Positions 38,236 through 50,209 of a stretch of 64,000 bases of DNA are shown here, in pieces. The stretch is taken from the NCBI GenBank assembly GCA_001662655.1, contig KV460233.1; one strand, written 5' to 3'. The translations under genes were made by a program, and so were the position numbers. Under the pieces are notes generated by a model. That model was not told the DNA's origin. It worked only from the letters and a program-made list of their open reading frames with translations, and made no database searches. This DNA comes from Pseudogymnoascus verrucosus (Eukaryota). Numbering within the stretch: the stretch's first letter is position 1; each line of letters opens with the position of its first letter.

Positions 38236-40633
38236 CAACCACCAATATTACCCATTCGTGAATGGGCCGGCCCAACCATCAATATTGCGATTTACGGTTG
38301 GGCCGGCCCAACCGTAAATAGGAGTAATTGATCAATTGAACTATACTATATAGTATTGCCTATAGTGTCTGCTCTTGCCCGCTTCCGCTTTGGCCGCTCA
38401 ACTAAAGCTATTTCCGTACGAGTAGTAAGACCTGATAAATTGCCACAGTTGTGGTCATCGTTATGGCAGTGTACACTACACTCCTTTGCTTCCTTATAAC
38501 ACCTACACCTCTTCGTACTACACAGCCCTTTGCACTGACAGGATATTCCAACCCGAGCACTTGTAGAAGCCTCTCTAGCTGCAAGCCCTAGGCCTACTTC
38601 CTTAGTAGAAGTAGGAATTACTATATCACCCTATATAGCTCGCTCTACAACTCTAAGTGATTTAGTAGGAATAAGGCGTTGTATAATACTAGAAGCTGTA
38701 AGAATCCGATACCTATGAGGGTAAGGCTCTTCTAGAATTCTTGCAAATAGCCTCTTATTATCAGTTGAAGTTCTATCCTCTCGAGGAACCTTAATAGAGA
38801 CTATTTCTCCTATATCAAAGTGCTGAATATCATGCTTCTTTGTATACTTCCGCACCATAGAAATCCTTGCTCGTTGAGTAGCTACTATAGCTCTCTCAAT
38901 TACAGGATCTGGTGTAAGCCGAAGCTCAGTTCTAAGCTGAGCTGGAACTCGGGCCCGGCTCCCACGCCGGAGCTCTGGCTCAGAGCTAGGGCTAGGCTCG
39001 GAATTGAGTTCTAAGCCAGAGCTCTTAATTCTAGGCTTTGGCGCTCGAGCCTGAAGCCTTGAGCTCTCGAGCTCAGAACGGAACTCTGGCTCAGCCTGGA
39101 GCTGGGCTAGTTCTCGAGCCTGAGCTCGAGTAGGAACTTGTCGTGAGAGCTCAGAATTGAGCTCTCGCTCAGAGCCAGAGCGGAGCTCCGAACTGAGCTC
39201 GGAATTGAGCTCAATTCCGAGCTCAATTCCAAGCTCTGAGCTAGAGAGCTCAATTCTAAGCTCTGACTCGAGCTAGAGCTGGGCTGTAGATCGAACTCTA
39301 GCTCTAGTTCGGAGCTTAGAATTGAGCTCAATTCGGAGCTCTGGCTCAGAACCAGAGCTAGGCTCATAATTAAGCTCTGGCTCTCGCTGCCGAAGCCGTG
39401 GGTCGATTAGAGCTTCCGTCTCAGACTCAAGCTCAGACTAGAGCTCGCTCTCAAATATCGGGCCCATGGTTGGGTCTTCTTGCTCAATTCCAATTGACAG
39501 ATCCTTCTGGGCCTAACTATTAAGCCAGTTAATGTGTGAGCTCCGCTCTCGGAATAGAAGTGTAGCTGGCGCACACCCAATTGTAGAGTGGATTTGGGTG
39601 TTCATAGCAAGCACCACTTCAAGTAGCCCATTCTTCCATTCTATAGACCCATGATCCATTTTCCATGCCTAGAGCTTATTCTCAACAACTCCATTTGCCT
39701 GCTCAACTAGGCCTTGCGTTTGTAGTGATTGTGGTGCTCCATTTACCACCTGTATTCCATACTTCCGTAGTAAGAGTAAGAGAGCCCCCTTAAATTCCTT
39801 CCCATTATTAGCCTACATAATCTTCAGAGGTAGGAAAGCTGCAATGAATTGAGCAAAGCAGTCTGCAATTGGCTCTGCATGCTTGCTTTTTAATGGGTAT
39901 AGCTGTGTATACTTTGAGAAGTGATCCTTTATATAAAGAATCCACTTATACTGTCCTGAAGGCTTGTGGCGCATATCAATTAGGTCGATTTGAACCCTCT
40001 CCCACGCCTGTCCACTTATAATAGGGACTAATGGAGCTTTAGTTGTGTTTAGCCGATTTAGAGTACAGTTCTTGCAACGCTTAAGTATAAACTCGACATC
40101 CTGACGCTTAATCCCATAGTACTGTTGCTCAATAACAGGCCAGAACTTATTACGGCCTGCATGTAGAAGCTTTAGATGCTCTTGCGCAATAACATCGAAT
40201 ACCTCTGCTTTCTAAACTATAAACCTAGGAGTTAGATGTCGTATATCACTCTTCTTATGGAGCTTCTCATCTATAAGCTCAAACTGAGACTGCGTACGGT
40301 GCTTTAGGTTGCTACTCTCTTGATCAAATAGTGTAAACGTTGTAATATTCTGTAGTATAGTGCGCATTTAGTGCCATTTTGTATATGGAAGTTGCTCTCG
40401 ATTATAGTAAGTAGGATTACTTATATATGCTTCAAAAGCAGTACGTACGTCGTTTAGGAACGGGTTGATTGAAGTAATAGTAGCCATAATTACTATAGTT
40501 GTAGGATGTAGGATTTGAGTTTTCTATAATACTATTTACCCCGCAGTTAGGCTGCATTTACGGTTGGGCCGGAACATTGGTGAATGGGCCGGCCCATTCA
40601 CGAATGGGTAATATTGGTGGTTGGGCCGGAACA
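38236..40633 (-). mobile_element. RIP-mutated Ginger-type (rve integrase) DNA transposon
   Basis: Perfect 39-bp inverted repeat 38236-38274/40585-40623; right end ...ggccggaACA. The relic ORF from 40487 has ERVQIDLIDM, IKDHFSKY, IM*ANNGKEF, QTQGLVEQAN and a C-terminal CQCKGLCSTKRCRC..CSVHCH. No RT or gag. Confidence 0.85.
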
Positions 40634-40788
40634 TATATAAAACAGCAACTCCCGTCTCAGATGGTAAGATATCTATTATCATCAACTTATATATCTACTA
40701 TATCGATATTTATCCGCTTCATTACGCTTCTCACATCTACGACACCTCTTCAATTTTATATAAATTCGCTACTCCGCCCATCTCAAAA

Positions 40789-41262
40789 ATGAACTACACA
40801 CCACCACCCTTCCAATCCATCCACTTCGTCCCCGCAAACGAGGAAGTCGACATCCGAAGCCGCCCAGTCAAAGCAATCCACGTCGTCACCCATGATCCCC
40901 TCCCCGACGGAGCCAACCACTGGTGCTTCTATCTCCAACTCTCCTCGGGTGCATCAATATGCGTCAACATGGTGCTAACCTACAGCTCCCCCAGCACCAT
41001 ACTCCCGGGTGGCTCAAAAGGCAATATAATCCTATCCGCCCTCCCAAGTATCTATCCGTCCTCAGCAACCAAAACGATCTGCCTCAGAGTCTGCGCCAAC
41101 CTGACTGTAGGCCGTGTTCTGGATCTCCTTGTCCAGTCAGGTCGCGATAAGTACGATTTCAATTCGGAGGGACGTGGGTGTCGGATGTGGACGACTGATC
41201 AGATTGCACTGCATAGAGCAACAGCACAGACTCCCTCCCAGCAGGGGACCAGACACCACTAA
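40789..41262 (+). CDS. Fungal hypothetical protein (NHW...GCRxW family), probably 3'-truncated
   Basis: NHWCFYL, GSKGNIIL and RDKYDFNSEGRGCRMW. Sequence after DQIAL looks unrelated. Confidence 0.6.
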   Translation: MNYTPPPFQSIHFVPANEEVDIRSRPVKAIHVVTHDPLPDGANHWCFYLQLSSGASICVNMVLTYSSPSTILPGGSKGNIILSALPSIYPSSATKTICLRVCANLTVGRVLDLLVQSGRDKYDFNSEGRGCRMWTTDQIALHRATAQTPSQQGTRHH

Positions 41263-41897
41263 TGTGCAGATTGTGCGGCATTGAAGCTGTGCGTTATTTA
41301 CATTTACCCTGCTGTGTTAGATCTCTTACCAAGGGGTCTGAGAGATTGCTCCAACAGTGGACTAAGTGTAGGTCTAAGCATCCATCTATCCACCCCATGC
41401 CACCCGATGGTCTCAGTGATCCCTCCGCCCCGTCCACACTACATGGCCCCGCCCAACGGATCCCCGCGCTCCGCTTCGCCGCAGCTAAAAACCCGCAGTG
41501 GCACATGAATGCTTCGCAGAGCCAACTTCGAGTTACGCCCTCCGATGACTGCGCCTTCCATGCCACCGAGCTCCTCGGGATGGTGGAGGGAGTGGCTGAA
41601 TACACAGTATTTTGTAGATACCCAAGAGCTTTAGAAGATAAGCGGTTATAGCGAGGTTGACCTAGCTTCCGAAGTCAGAATTCGTCCTATGTACAGAACT
41701 TATAATAAAATCTGACGTATATTGTGCACAAACGCATCATCCAAATGATATACAGAATGCAACCCTCAATGTCTCTCACATTAGCCCGTGGCGCTTCGGC
41801 GCTAAGGGTTATGTAATATAATACAGTAACGAGTCGCTGTGAGCTCTTCCAAGACGGGCTGCAGCCGCCGAATTGACTCTGATGTGGAATTCCGCAA

Positions 41898-41961
41898 TCA
41901 AATCATCAGATAAAAATATATATCGCAGTTCAAATCATCAGATAAAAATATATATCGCAGT
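41898..41961 (+). repeat. Exact 32-bp tandem duplication
   Basis: tcaaatcatcagataaaaatatatatcgcagt x2. Confidence 0.9.
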
Positions 41962-42254
41962 GCCCAAGCCTACCATCAGGTGTCCCATCCAGGGTAACCG
42001 TAAGGGTTATACTATAACATAAAGAGTTAGTGGGCTGCTGTGGGTATTCTTATCCCAACCAGACAAAAGCTAACCAAAGACATTTCCAATGTTTGCAGCA
42101 GCATTCACTAAGCCACGCAGACCAGACGGACTATGCCAGTACTCATATTCGGCATCTTAAATTCATGTGCAATTGAGGGGACGAGTACCTCTGATGCTTT
42201 GATTAGTGATCAATCTAACTTACCAAAATTTCGTGACTTGTGATCGTTCTATTC

Positions 42255-42474
42255 AGTGAACTGAAGAGGCTCCTCATTCTCGGATATTACCATTTTACCT
42301 TTTCAGTTCACTAATCCGAGAATGAGGAGCCCCTTTAGTTCACTAATCCGAGAATGAGGAGCCTCTTCAGTTCACTAATCAGAGAATGAGGATTTACCTT
42401 TTCAGTTCACTAATTTTTTCGGTTCACTAATCTTTTCAGTTCACTAATCTTTTCAGTTCACTAATCCGAGAATG
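42255..42474. repeat. Array of ttcagttcactaat(ccgagaatgagga) units with one inverted copy
   Basis: About seven direct full or partial units at 42300-42474. 42255-42285 is the reverse complement of 42346-42376. Confidence 0.85.
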
Positions 42475-42476
42475 TG

Positions 42477-42859
42477 GTGCGTCATGGGGGACGGACGGTT
42501 CCAAAGCGCCGGTCTGAAGATTTTCCAACCTAGCCCACGGTCTGGGTTACAAAATCATGGCAAACCGCCTAGACTGCTATGGTCCCCTAACGGTCTGCTA
42601 AGAAACCGTTCAAAATATAGCAAATGTACTACTACACCTATTTTATAAGCAAAGGTACTTTATCATGTAATAATATGTTATAGTAATATATTTAGTCTAT
42701 CACATAATTAAGGACCTTTACCTATTAAATAGGTGTAGTAGTACATTTGCTATATTTTGAACGGTTTTTTAGCAGAACGGTGGGGGACCGTGGGTTATTA
42801 CCTATAGACCGGACCACGGTCTAGGTTGAAGATTGGAACCAGACCGCCCCATGACGCAC
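42477..42859. mobile_element. Non-autonomous TIR element (MITE)
   Basis: Termini gtgcgtcatgggg / ccccatgacgcac, with a long internal inverted repeat 42581-42643 vs 42727-42789 around an AT-rich core. Confidence 0.75.
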
Positions 42860-42864
42860 ATTCC

Positions 42865-42901
42865 CTATATACCTTAAAGGTATTACCTTTAAGGTATATA
42901 G
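42865..42901. repeat. Perfect 18-bp hairpin with a 1-nt loop
   Basis: ctatataccttaaaggta-t-tacctttaaggtatatag. Confidence 0.9.
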
Positions 42902-42986
42902 AGAAAGAGCAATAGTCGTCTCGATATGGATAAACTATTACCTTCGAACAAACTCCAACATTTTCTAAATTTCAATTCCATTTATC

Positions 42987-44084
42987 ATGTCGAAGGTTTC
43001 CAAAATCTTTGTTGTCGGTGCCACTGGAGCCCAAGGCATTCCAGTCGTGCGCGGCTTGGTTAAAGACAAGGCATACTTTGTCCGAGCCTTAACACGCAAT
43101 GCACAGTCCCAACGAGCCAAAGATCTTGTCGCGCTCGGCAACGTCGAGCTGGTGGAAGGGACGTTCGCGAGCGAGGATGATCTCCGAAACGGCTTCCGAG
43201 GTTGCGATGGAGCATTCGTCAACATCGACGGGTTCAACTGCGGGGAGAAGACCGAGACCATCTGGGCTATACGCTCCTATGAGATCGCACTGGAGGAAGG
43301 GGTCAAATTCTTCGTATACGGAAATCTAGACTTTGTGTACAAAAAGGCTGGGTACAATCCGATCTTCCGCACTGGGCACTACGATGGCAAGGGCCGCATC
43401 GGAGAATGGATCCTACAGCAAAACAAGGATAACGGGCCCAGGATGGCTGCGGCGCTGTTCACGACTGGCCCGTACATTGAGATGTGCATATCTAGCCAGA
43501 CCATTATGACTCCAACAGTGGAGGATGGCGTCGTCACTTGGCGCGTGCCACTTGGTGACGGCGCGGTCGTGCATGTGGCCCTCGATGATTGCGAGCACTA
43601 CGTCCGCTGGCTGTTTGACAATCCAGAGAGAGCCAACGGGCTGGACCTCGAGGTTGCCATCGATCATATCCCTTACTCTGAATTGGCCCGGGCTTTTGAG
43701 AAGGTGACGGGTCATCCAGCAAGATACATTGACACGGACATCGGTACGTATTGGACGGACGGCCCTATGGCCGCTGTCGCCAGCATGAGCAGTGGGTACA
43801 ATTCCGATCTAAATGATCCTGCTGCCATGACATTCAGGCAGAACTTCACTGGTTTTTGGACAATGTGGACACACTCAAGGGATAACAAGGGCGTCATTAA
43901 GAGGGACTATGGCCTTCTGAACGAGATACTCCCGGATCGCATTAAGACAGCGGAGGAATGGTTCAGGAAGGAAGACGCGAAAGGTAGGAAATTGGGACTG
44001 GGTAGTTTATGGGAACGAGTGCAGCCAGATCGTTTAAAGCCCATCTTGAAAATTGGAGAGGACGGAAGAAGAGGGAAATTGTAG
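42987..44084 (+). CDS. NmrA-like NAD(P)-binding protein
   Basis: IFVVGATGAQG Rossmann motif, VRALTRN, GHYDGKGRI; 365-aa intronless ORF. Confidence 0.9.
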   Translation: MSKVSKIFVVGATGAQGIPVVRGLVKDKAYFVRALTRNAQSQRAKDLVALGNVELVEGTFASEDDLRNGFRGCDGAFVNIDGFNCGEKTETIWAIRSYEIALEEGVKFFVYGNLDFVYKKAGYNPIFRTGHYDGKGRIGEWILQQNKDNGPRMAAALFTTGPYIEMCISSQTIMTPTVEDGVVTWRVPLGDGAVVHVALDDCEHYVRWLFDNPERANGLDLEVAIDHIPYSELARAFEKVTGHPARYIDTDIGTYWTDGPMAAVASMSSGYNSDLNDPAAMTFRQNFTGFWTMWTHSRDNKGVIKRDYGLLNEILPDRIKTAEEWFRKEDAKGRKLGLGSLWERVQPDRLKPILKIGEDGRRGKL

Positions 44085-44970
44085 CTTTATAACGCCCTCG
44101 GCAATAATCGATGGCAGAAAGCTGTCCCGTAATATTCAACTGCGGACCCACTTGTGCATGTCCACGCCTGAATATTGCTGATACCCTCATGCTGGGCACA
44201 AATATAACTAGTATATCACTACTACTTTGGCTGATTGTGTCGAGATATCTCTTGCCGCTCTACTGGTTCGCACTATACCCGGACCAGGTTGTAGCATTCC
44301 CAGGAGTCCTCGGCCATGCAGTCGGCGGACGCGGATCTTGAAGTTGCGGTTCTCACTTCTAGCAAGTGAGAATAATATTCATACATATATGCCTTTCTGT
44401 CGCACCTCACACACATTTTACAGCTACTTTACGTAGGGATTTCCACCTAGCATAGGCATAGGGAAGCTGTGTGTATAGCTATTTAGAACCCTAATTTAGA
44501 GTATAACAGGAAGCCTATTATGTTCCTAAAGCAAGTCTACGCCATCGACGCATAAGACGACAATCACGGCGCATATTCCTCCCAACTTGAGAAAGTTAAC
44601 TGATCTAGAGGAATCGGTAATTCTTCGACGTATACTTGATCTAGATTCACAAGGAATTCAGCCCTAGCAAAGCGATATTCAAGAAATGGCCAATTGTCTT
44701 CGTACGGACTGAAACACGTCACCCATTAGACCACGATAGGCAGAGAACTTTTTCAAGTGCTACCCTGAGCTTACTATGGCTTTTCGATGACAAGTTGACT
44801 ACTAGAGGGCTAAATGCGAAGATCCTAATATCGTACGAGCCTGCTCCGCGTGTCGAATTTTTAACGTCAAAATTTAGAAAACTGAAGCATCTAACAGAAC
44901 ACATATGTCTCCTGCGGAATGCTCTGCCTACACTGACACAAGGCCTATCATCTTCAGTATACGTCTTTCT

Positions 44971-47838
44971 TTAAGTATCACGCAGATAAGCAGCCACAAC
45001 ACCACCCCAACCTCCACTATTAGCACTCTCCGTCGCCACCACAGTAGTGCCCTCGAGGAAAATATTCGTAACGGCCTTGACATTCTGCCCGTAGATATAC
45101 AGCCTAGAGGAGCTTGTAATCTCAACTGCATTCTTCTGGCAATCCCCATTGCAACCGCCCCCATTGTTAAAGAAGGCCCAAACCATTCCGTTGTACAAGA
45201 ATAGGTCAGAGGATCCGCTAATCCTCTCAAAGAAGGCCATGCGACAGGTTGAGTCAGCAGCGGCGCAATTAGAGAAGTCTGGGTCGCTAGCAATGAGGTT
45301 GCTGGCCCACGGTGCAGGGGCTAGGTCGTTGCCGGGGCCTTGCCAGTAGGGAGTTTCACTAAAGAAGTCTGTTAAACAAGCAGTCTCAAGGGTTAGTCAT
45401 AAGGAAACTATTTACATACCTCTGCTGGAACGCGGAGAAAACGTTTTTTGCGTTGTTGTAGTTGTACTGGTACAACGTGTGGTGTTCCATGGCCGTTCCA
45501 ACGAGCCAGGTTGCCTTCGTAGCTTCAACGAGAAGGCCTCGACCACTCGAGATGGTGGCACCGTTTCCACCATCAAGATCATGATCGGCTGTCCAGCCCC
45601 ACATGTTTTCGATATAGGCAGAGGAGGTGCTCGTCAGATGGATAAGGCCCCAAGCAGCCTTGCACTGATCGGGGGTGCCACCGCAATTAGTCTCAACCTT
45701 GCTGCCTGCCGCGCCACCAATTCGGAAGTGAGTGTTGAAGAAGCCAACATCGCCGGGGTTGGATCCGGCAATATTAACTTCCACCTATGACAAATGTTAG
45801 AGAGATGGCTAGGAAACTAACAGGTATGGGATAGACTAACCAACTTGCAACCCTGCAGGACGTCTGCAACAGTAAAGAGCATATCAGTTATTTGAGCTAC
45901 GCCTACATCTCCTGCATTTCCAACTTTTACCATTGTCGCCGGCGCCGCGGGATTATAGAAGTTTCCTCCAAGTGCGGATATAGCTGTTCCAAAGGCGTCT
46001 CCATAAATTCGAGAGCCAGCAGGGACATTGATGGTGTTGGTCACGATGTAGGTTCCTGCCGGGAAGTAGATAATTTTGCAGCCCGCATACTGCGATAGGA
46101 TGGCATTGATATTGTTCGTTTCGTCGGTAGCACCGTCACCATAAACTGGAAGGCCTGCCACGTTTTTGATATTGAGCACCTGATCCACCGAGTATTTCTG
46201 GTAGGTTGGCGGAGCCATTGTAAAGTATTTGCCGTTAGAGAGGAGGGCTGCCGCCCGAGGAGTTGTCACTGACTGTCCATTAACGTGTTGAGGGCTGTTG
46301 CTGCCACGTGCGTACTAAGTTGCTTCGTTAACTAACCCGCCCCCTTGTTTCCATTTCAGTGTAACTTTAATAAAACGCCATGATTTCACTCACCATGTTA
46401 CCGTAAACCCAAGTGTCAGCCACGTTGCCGCTCAGAACAGTGACCCCACTCAATTTAACCGTCGTACCACTGTTCTGAATATTCTCCAGAATGATGGAAT
46501 TTCCAGCTCCGCCATTGTTAGTGCCACTAACAAAAGTTCCAATGCTAGTTCCGCTCGAGTCGATGACCACCAGGGAGGCAGAGACTCCAGTAGCATCGAT
46601 ACCAGTAGCTGCGTTTGTGAAGGAGCAAGCAAGGCAGACGAGATTAAACCCACCAACTTGGATACCCGTGGTGGTACCGCTAGTCTTGATATTCTTAAGA
46701 ATCCATTGTTGACCCGACAACTTCAGGCCGTATGCACCACCGTTAAAGGTCAGGTCATTCAGGATGACGTTGCTATTGTATCCATATTGTGAAGTGACAC
46801 CGACATGTCCTGTAGAGTAATTTGGCATGTTAAATACCACGTTTGCCAATTGGGTAGCCTGGCTGACGGTCCAATCCAGCAGCGCAATATTTTGGGATGG
46901 GCTTACGGCGGTCGAATCGATAATGACATTCTTAAGGCCGATATAGAAGTTGATCGTACCGTCATGGTTGGGGTCCTTGCCGTAGATGATGTGATCGCTG
47001 GGAAAATTGGCGGCGGCTTTCAGGACTGGTGGATTGATAGGATCACCCACGAGAACGGTCCCAACATAGAGTTGGAGACTTCCCGTTAGCAGATATGTTC
47101 CTGATGGAATGTAGATGACTGCTGGCTGGCCAGTAGTCCCCATCGAGTTGCTGGCCCGGTTAGGACCGTTAGAGGCTCCAGCTATATGGTGTCAATTAAA
47201 CGCCATTCAGCGGAGTCTGATTCACTGGCTCTTACCTTGGATGGCATTCTGGATAGCCACATTAGCAGAGGTGGCGCCAGTACGGTCAGCACCATAATCG
47301 GTGACGACATTACGGAAGACTTTGTAGTTGCTCTTGTACGAGGAGGACATAAACGACGATTGGCCGTTATGAGTGATAGACTCATACCACCAGCTACTGG
47401 GATTATTAGCGGTGAGAGGCGTGCAGGCTCGGGAGGTGAGTTTCGTTGCCTGTCGGGCTGGTGGCTGGTTCAGATGCTCCCATGGCTTGGCGGACTGGTT
47501 CAAGATTGTGTAGGGAATCCCACTTTGTATAAAATCAGTTTAGTCTGGCAAAATATCTTGGGAGGGATGATAACTCCGCGAGGTGAGACCGTAACGCCTG
47601 AAGAGGCGAAGAAAAACAAGAATAGGGACATAACTGAGAATCAGTTCAAGCGTTAAGATAAATGGTGCTCTTACTGTGATTTAGGGGCGTAGTCCGTAGG
47701 TAGAACATAAGTATAAGGTGGGGACAATTCAGTTTCATTCGCCGGCAGGTTATCAGGAATCTCAAAGGAATTGATTGCAGGAACTCCAACCACCGAAGTG
47801 GTCAAAGCGATCAGCGCAAGACAGGCTGACTTTAACAT
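44971..47838 (-). CDS. Secreted GH55 beta-1,3-glucanase, multi-exon
   Basis: Signal peptide MLKSACLALIALTTSVVG; YKVFRNV.DYGA, SQATQL, GDGATDET, YFPAGTY, YIENMWGWTADHDLD, SGRGLL, GTAMEH and spliced Q-SETPYWQ. Confidence 0.92.
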
Positions 47839-49117
47839 GGCTATGTGACGCTCCTAGAGGCCAGAGGCGGAATAATCAAGAATTTAAAATACGATTCAGG
47901 TAATTAGATACGTCTTTATATATAGTAGATATCGTTACATGGACTAGCATGTGCTGGCTCTTAGTCCTCTAAGAACAAGACAAAATGTAAAGGCTGGCGT
48001 CTATATTTCCGTATGCCCCACGAGAATTTCTGCTTTGTATAAATTGAGATTTGTACATTTCGAAAAGCCATCTCCATGGTATGTACCGCAGAATGGTCCC
48101 CGAACAGCAGAAGGTGACGTTGAAAGGAGGAAATGTATAAAAATCAACGCTAATACGGCCGTGCGCGGGACAATTACCGGCAAAGTGGACTCTTTTGGAC
48201 AAGATCAGCAAAATAAAGCTAGAGTTATTAACGTCGGACCGATACCCAGAAGTCAGTATTGGCCCGACGTGAATTTTGCTCAAGCTTTATTCAGAAAATG
48301 CGTGTGTGATCTACAGGCATCTATAAATCCGCTATCTGAGTCTGGCAACGTTGCATTACAACCGAAACTTTGCTAGGCCTTATTATAGATTCTGATGAGA
48401 ATATACTTGCTAGTCTATACTTATAGACATCAACTACAGAAGGGAGGCATCCGCTTTGTTTAATCAAGTAGTTTTACGTAGTCCCACGGTCTGCTACGAT
48501 AGCTTATCGACAACTCGGCGTCTCAAACTTCCACTAATGGAGGAACAACAAGATTTGCGTGCGGCAATACCTTCTATATCGCGGTGTGGAAGGATGGATA
48601 GCGCCATTCTGCATTGTCCATGTAAGTATCTGGTAGTATATTCATTCCCAGCTTACACGTGTCTGCTGCGCCCTGCCTTGGTTTAATGAATTGTCCCGCT
48701 CTCTCCCGAGTATAGCGACGGCCACTAGTCCTTGGTTCTAACCCCTCTTATTTAGTTGGTAGGCCATAATGGCGAGCTACAAAGGCATATATTGTGACTA
48801 TCCATAGACCTAGATTGTTGTGCTATGGCGTCGCATCCTATTAGGAGGCATCGTCCAGGCGCTTTGATCTATTACAATGTTGTATCTCTGTTAACCTTCG
48901 CGTTAATGCCACGATAGTGTTACAACAGCACGAGATTAACATGAAGATAACGTAGATGTTTACACGTCTAGATTCAGTCTTATTTTATAATTATGCTTCA
49001 GCTGATTAACTGATTACTTAAAATCTTTCTAAACTTCCTCCGCGGAATCACCCTCCTCTTCTCATATATTCTTTGCTCGCCTGCTTAATCTGTTACGAAT
49101 ATTTGTTATCCATCACG

Positions 49118-49360
49118 ATGAGACTGTCCTTGCTCACAATACTGGCCCTTGGCGCTGCCATGATCAACGCAGGGGTGATCAAGAATCGTGTTAGCAGCAG
49201 TACGACTGATCTTCCGAAGCTCGTTAGTCAGTACAAATTCCATGCGCAATTTGGTGGAATTATGCTCTGGGATGCCGCAAGCTCGGATACCGTTAGCTTG
49301 AATGGGTGTACTTATGCCCAGGAGGTCCATAGTGTGTTGACGACCGGTTTAGCGTGTTAA
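49118..49360 (+). pseudogene. GH18 chitinase relic with a large internal deletion
   Basis: Signal peptide MRLSLLTILALGAAMINAG joined almost directly to the last barrel strand FGGIMLWDA. No DxDxE motif. Confidence 0.65.
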
Positions 49361-49785
49361 ATGTCAGAGGACAGGCGCATGTGACGAGTTTTTTGAATTG
49401 ATATAATAGGACACCAATAAGTCGCGTAATGAAAAAGGATTATGCGGAGTTTCGGATCACCCCCCCGTATGAAAGGGCGCTAGATAGGGGTAGATCTACC
49501 TAATCTGTATGTCATAATTTTCCTCTTTCACTAGAAAAGGAAGCTCATATAAACTTACGGCAGGGTATTGAACTACCGGGATTGCACTAACCCAAAGACT
49601 CCTAGCGCTAGGATCATAGAAGGGCAGGCTACTTTGGGCGAGCACAACGAGTCCCTTAAGATTACAAAAATATATAATTTTGCAGCCAATAAAATGCCGG
49701 TTCTATTGAGATGGTCCTTCGCTAAGCTTTTCTAGGAAGTAAAGTAGCCGGCTCGGCCCCTTTTTCGTTACCAATCTCATGCCGT

Positions 49786-50111
49786 TAAAGGCGGGGTATG
49801 TAACGTCCCTGCAGTTTAGCGAGTAAAAGGCCCTATTGTTAGTACGCGCGTTCAAAGGTTTATCTCAACCCTCGACTGATCCTTCGACCTTTCTGGAGAA
49901 GGCCCTTCTGGCCCTTCTATGCTGAAAGTTTTCTAGGGACTGCCCGCCTCAATTCCCAGACCATCAAATAGAAGGCCGCGCCGCTTTAGGGTTCGCAAGG
50001 GTAGGTGTACTCGAGACTGCTTGTGCTAGCTGGCCAATGTAGAATATATACGAAATACCGACCCACCTACCCCTTCAACACTAATACTACATATCCGCAT
50101 CCGGTTTCACA
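49786..50111 (+). mobile_element. Probable Ty3/gypsy 3' LTR relic with polypurine tract
   Basis: taaaggcggggta directly precedes TGTaacg (49799); the candidate LTR ends gtttcACA (50111). Confidence 0.45.
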
Positions 50112-50209
50112 TGACTAGAATATATAAGATTAGCTGATGGTTGGCAAGTCAGTATCCCAGAGTTCGTTGCAGTTGCCATCGTCTACATCTCTTCTGAATT
50201 TTGGTCATC

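Noticed and set aside
41260..41780. Possible LTR ending ...tctcaca
   Set aside because: Could not define a 5' end or TSD.
42255..42474. CRISPR-like array
   Set aside because: Units abut or are separated by a few similar bases, there are no unique spacers, and the context is eukaryotic with no cas genes.
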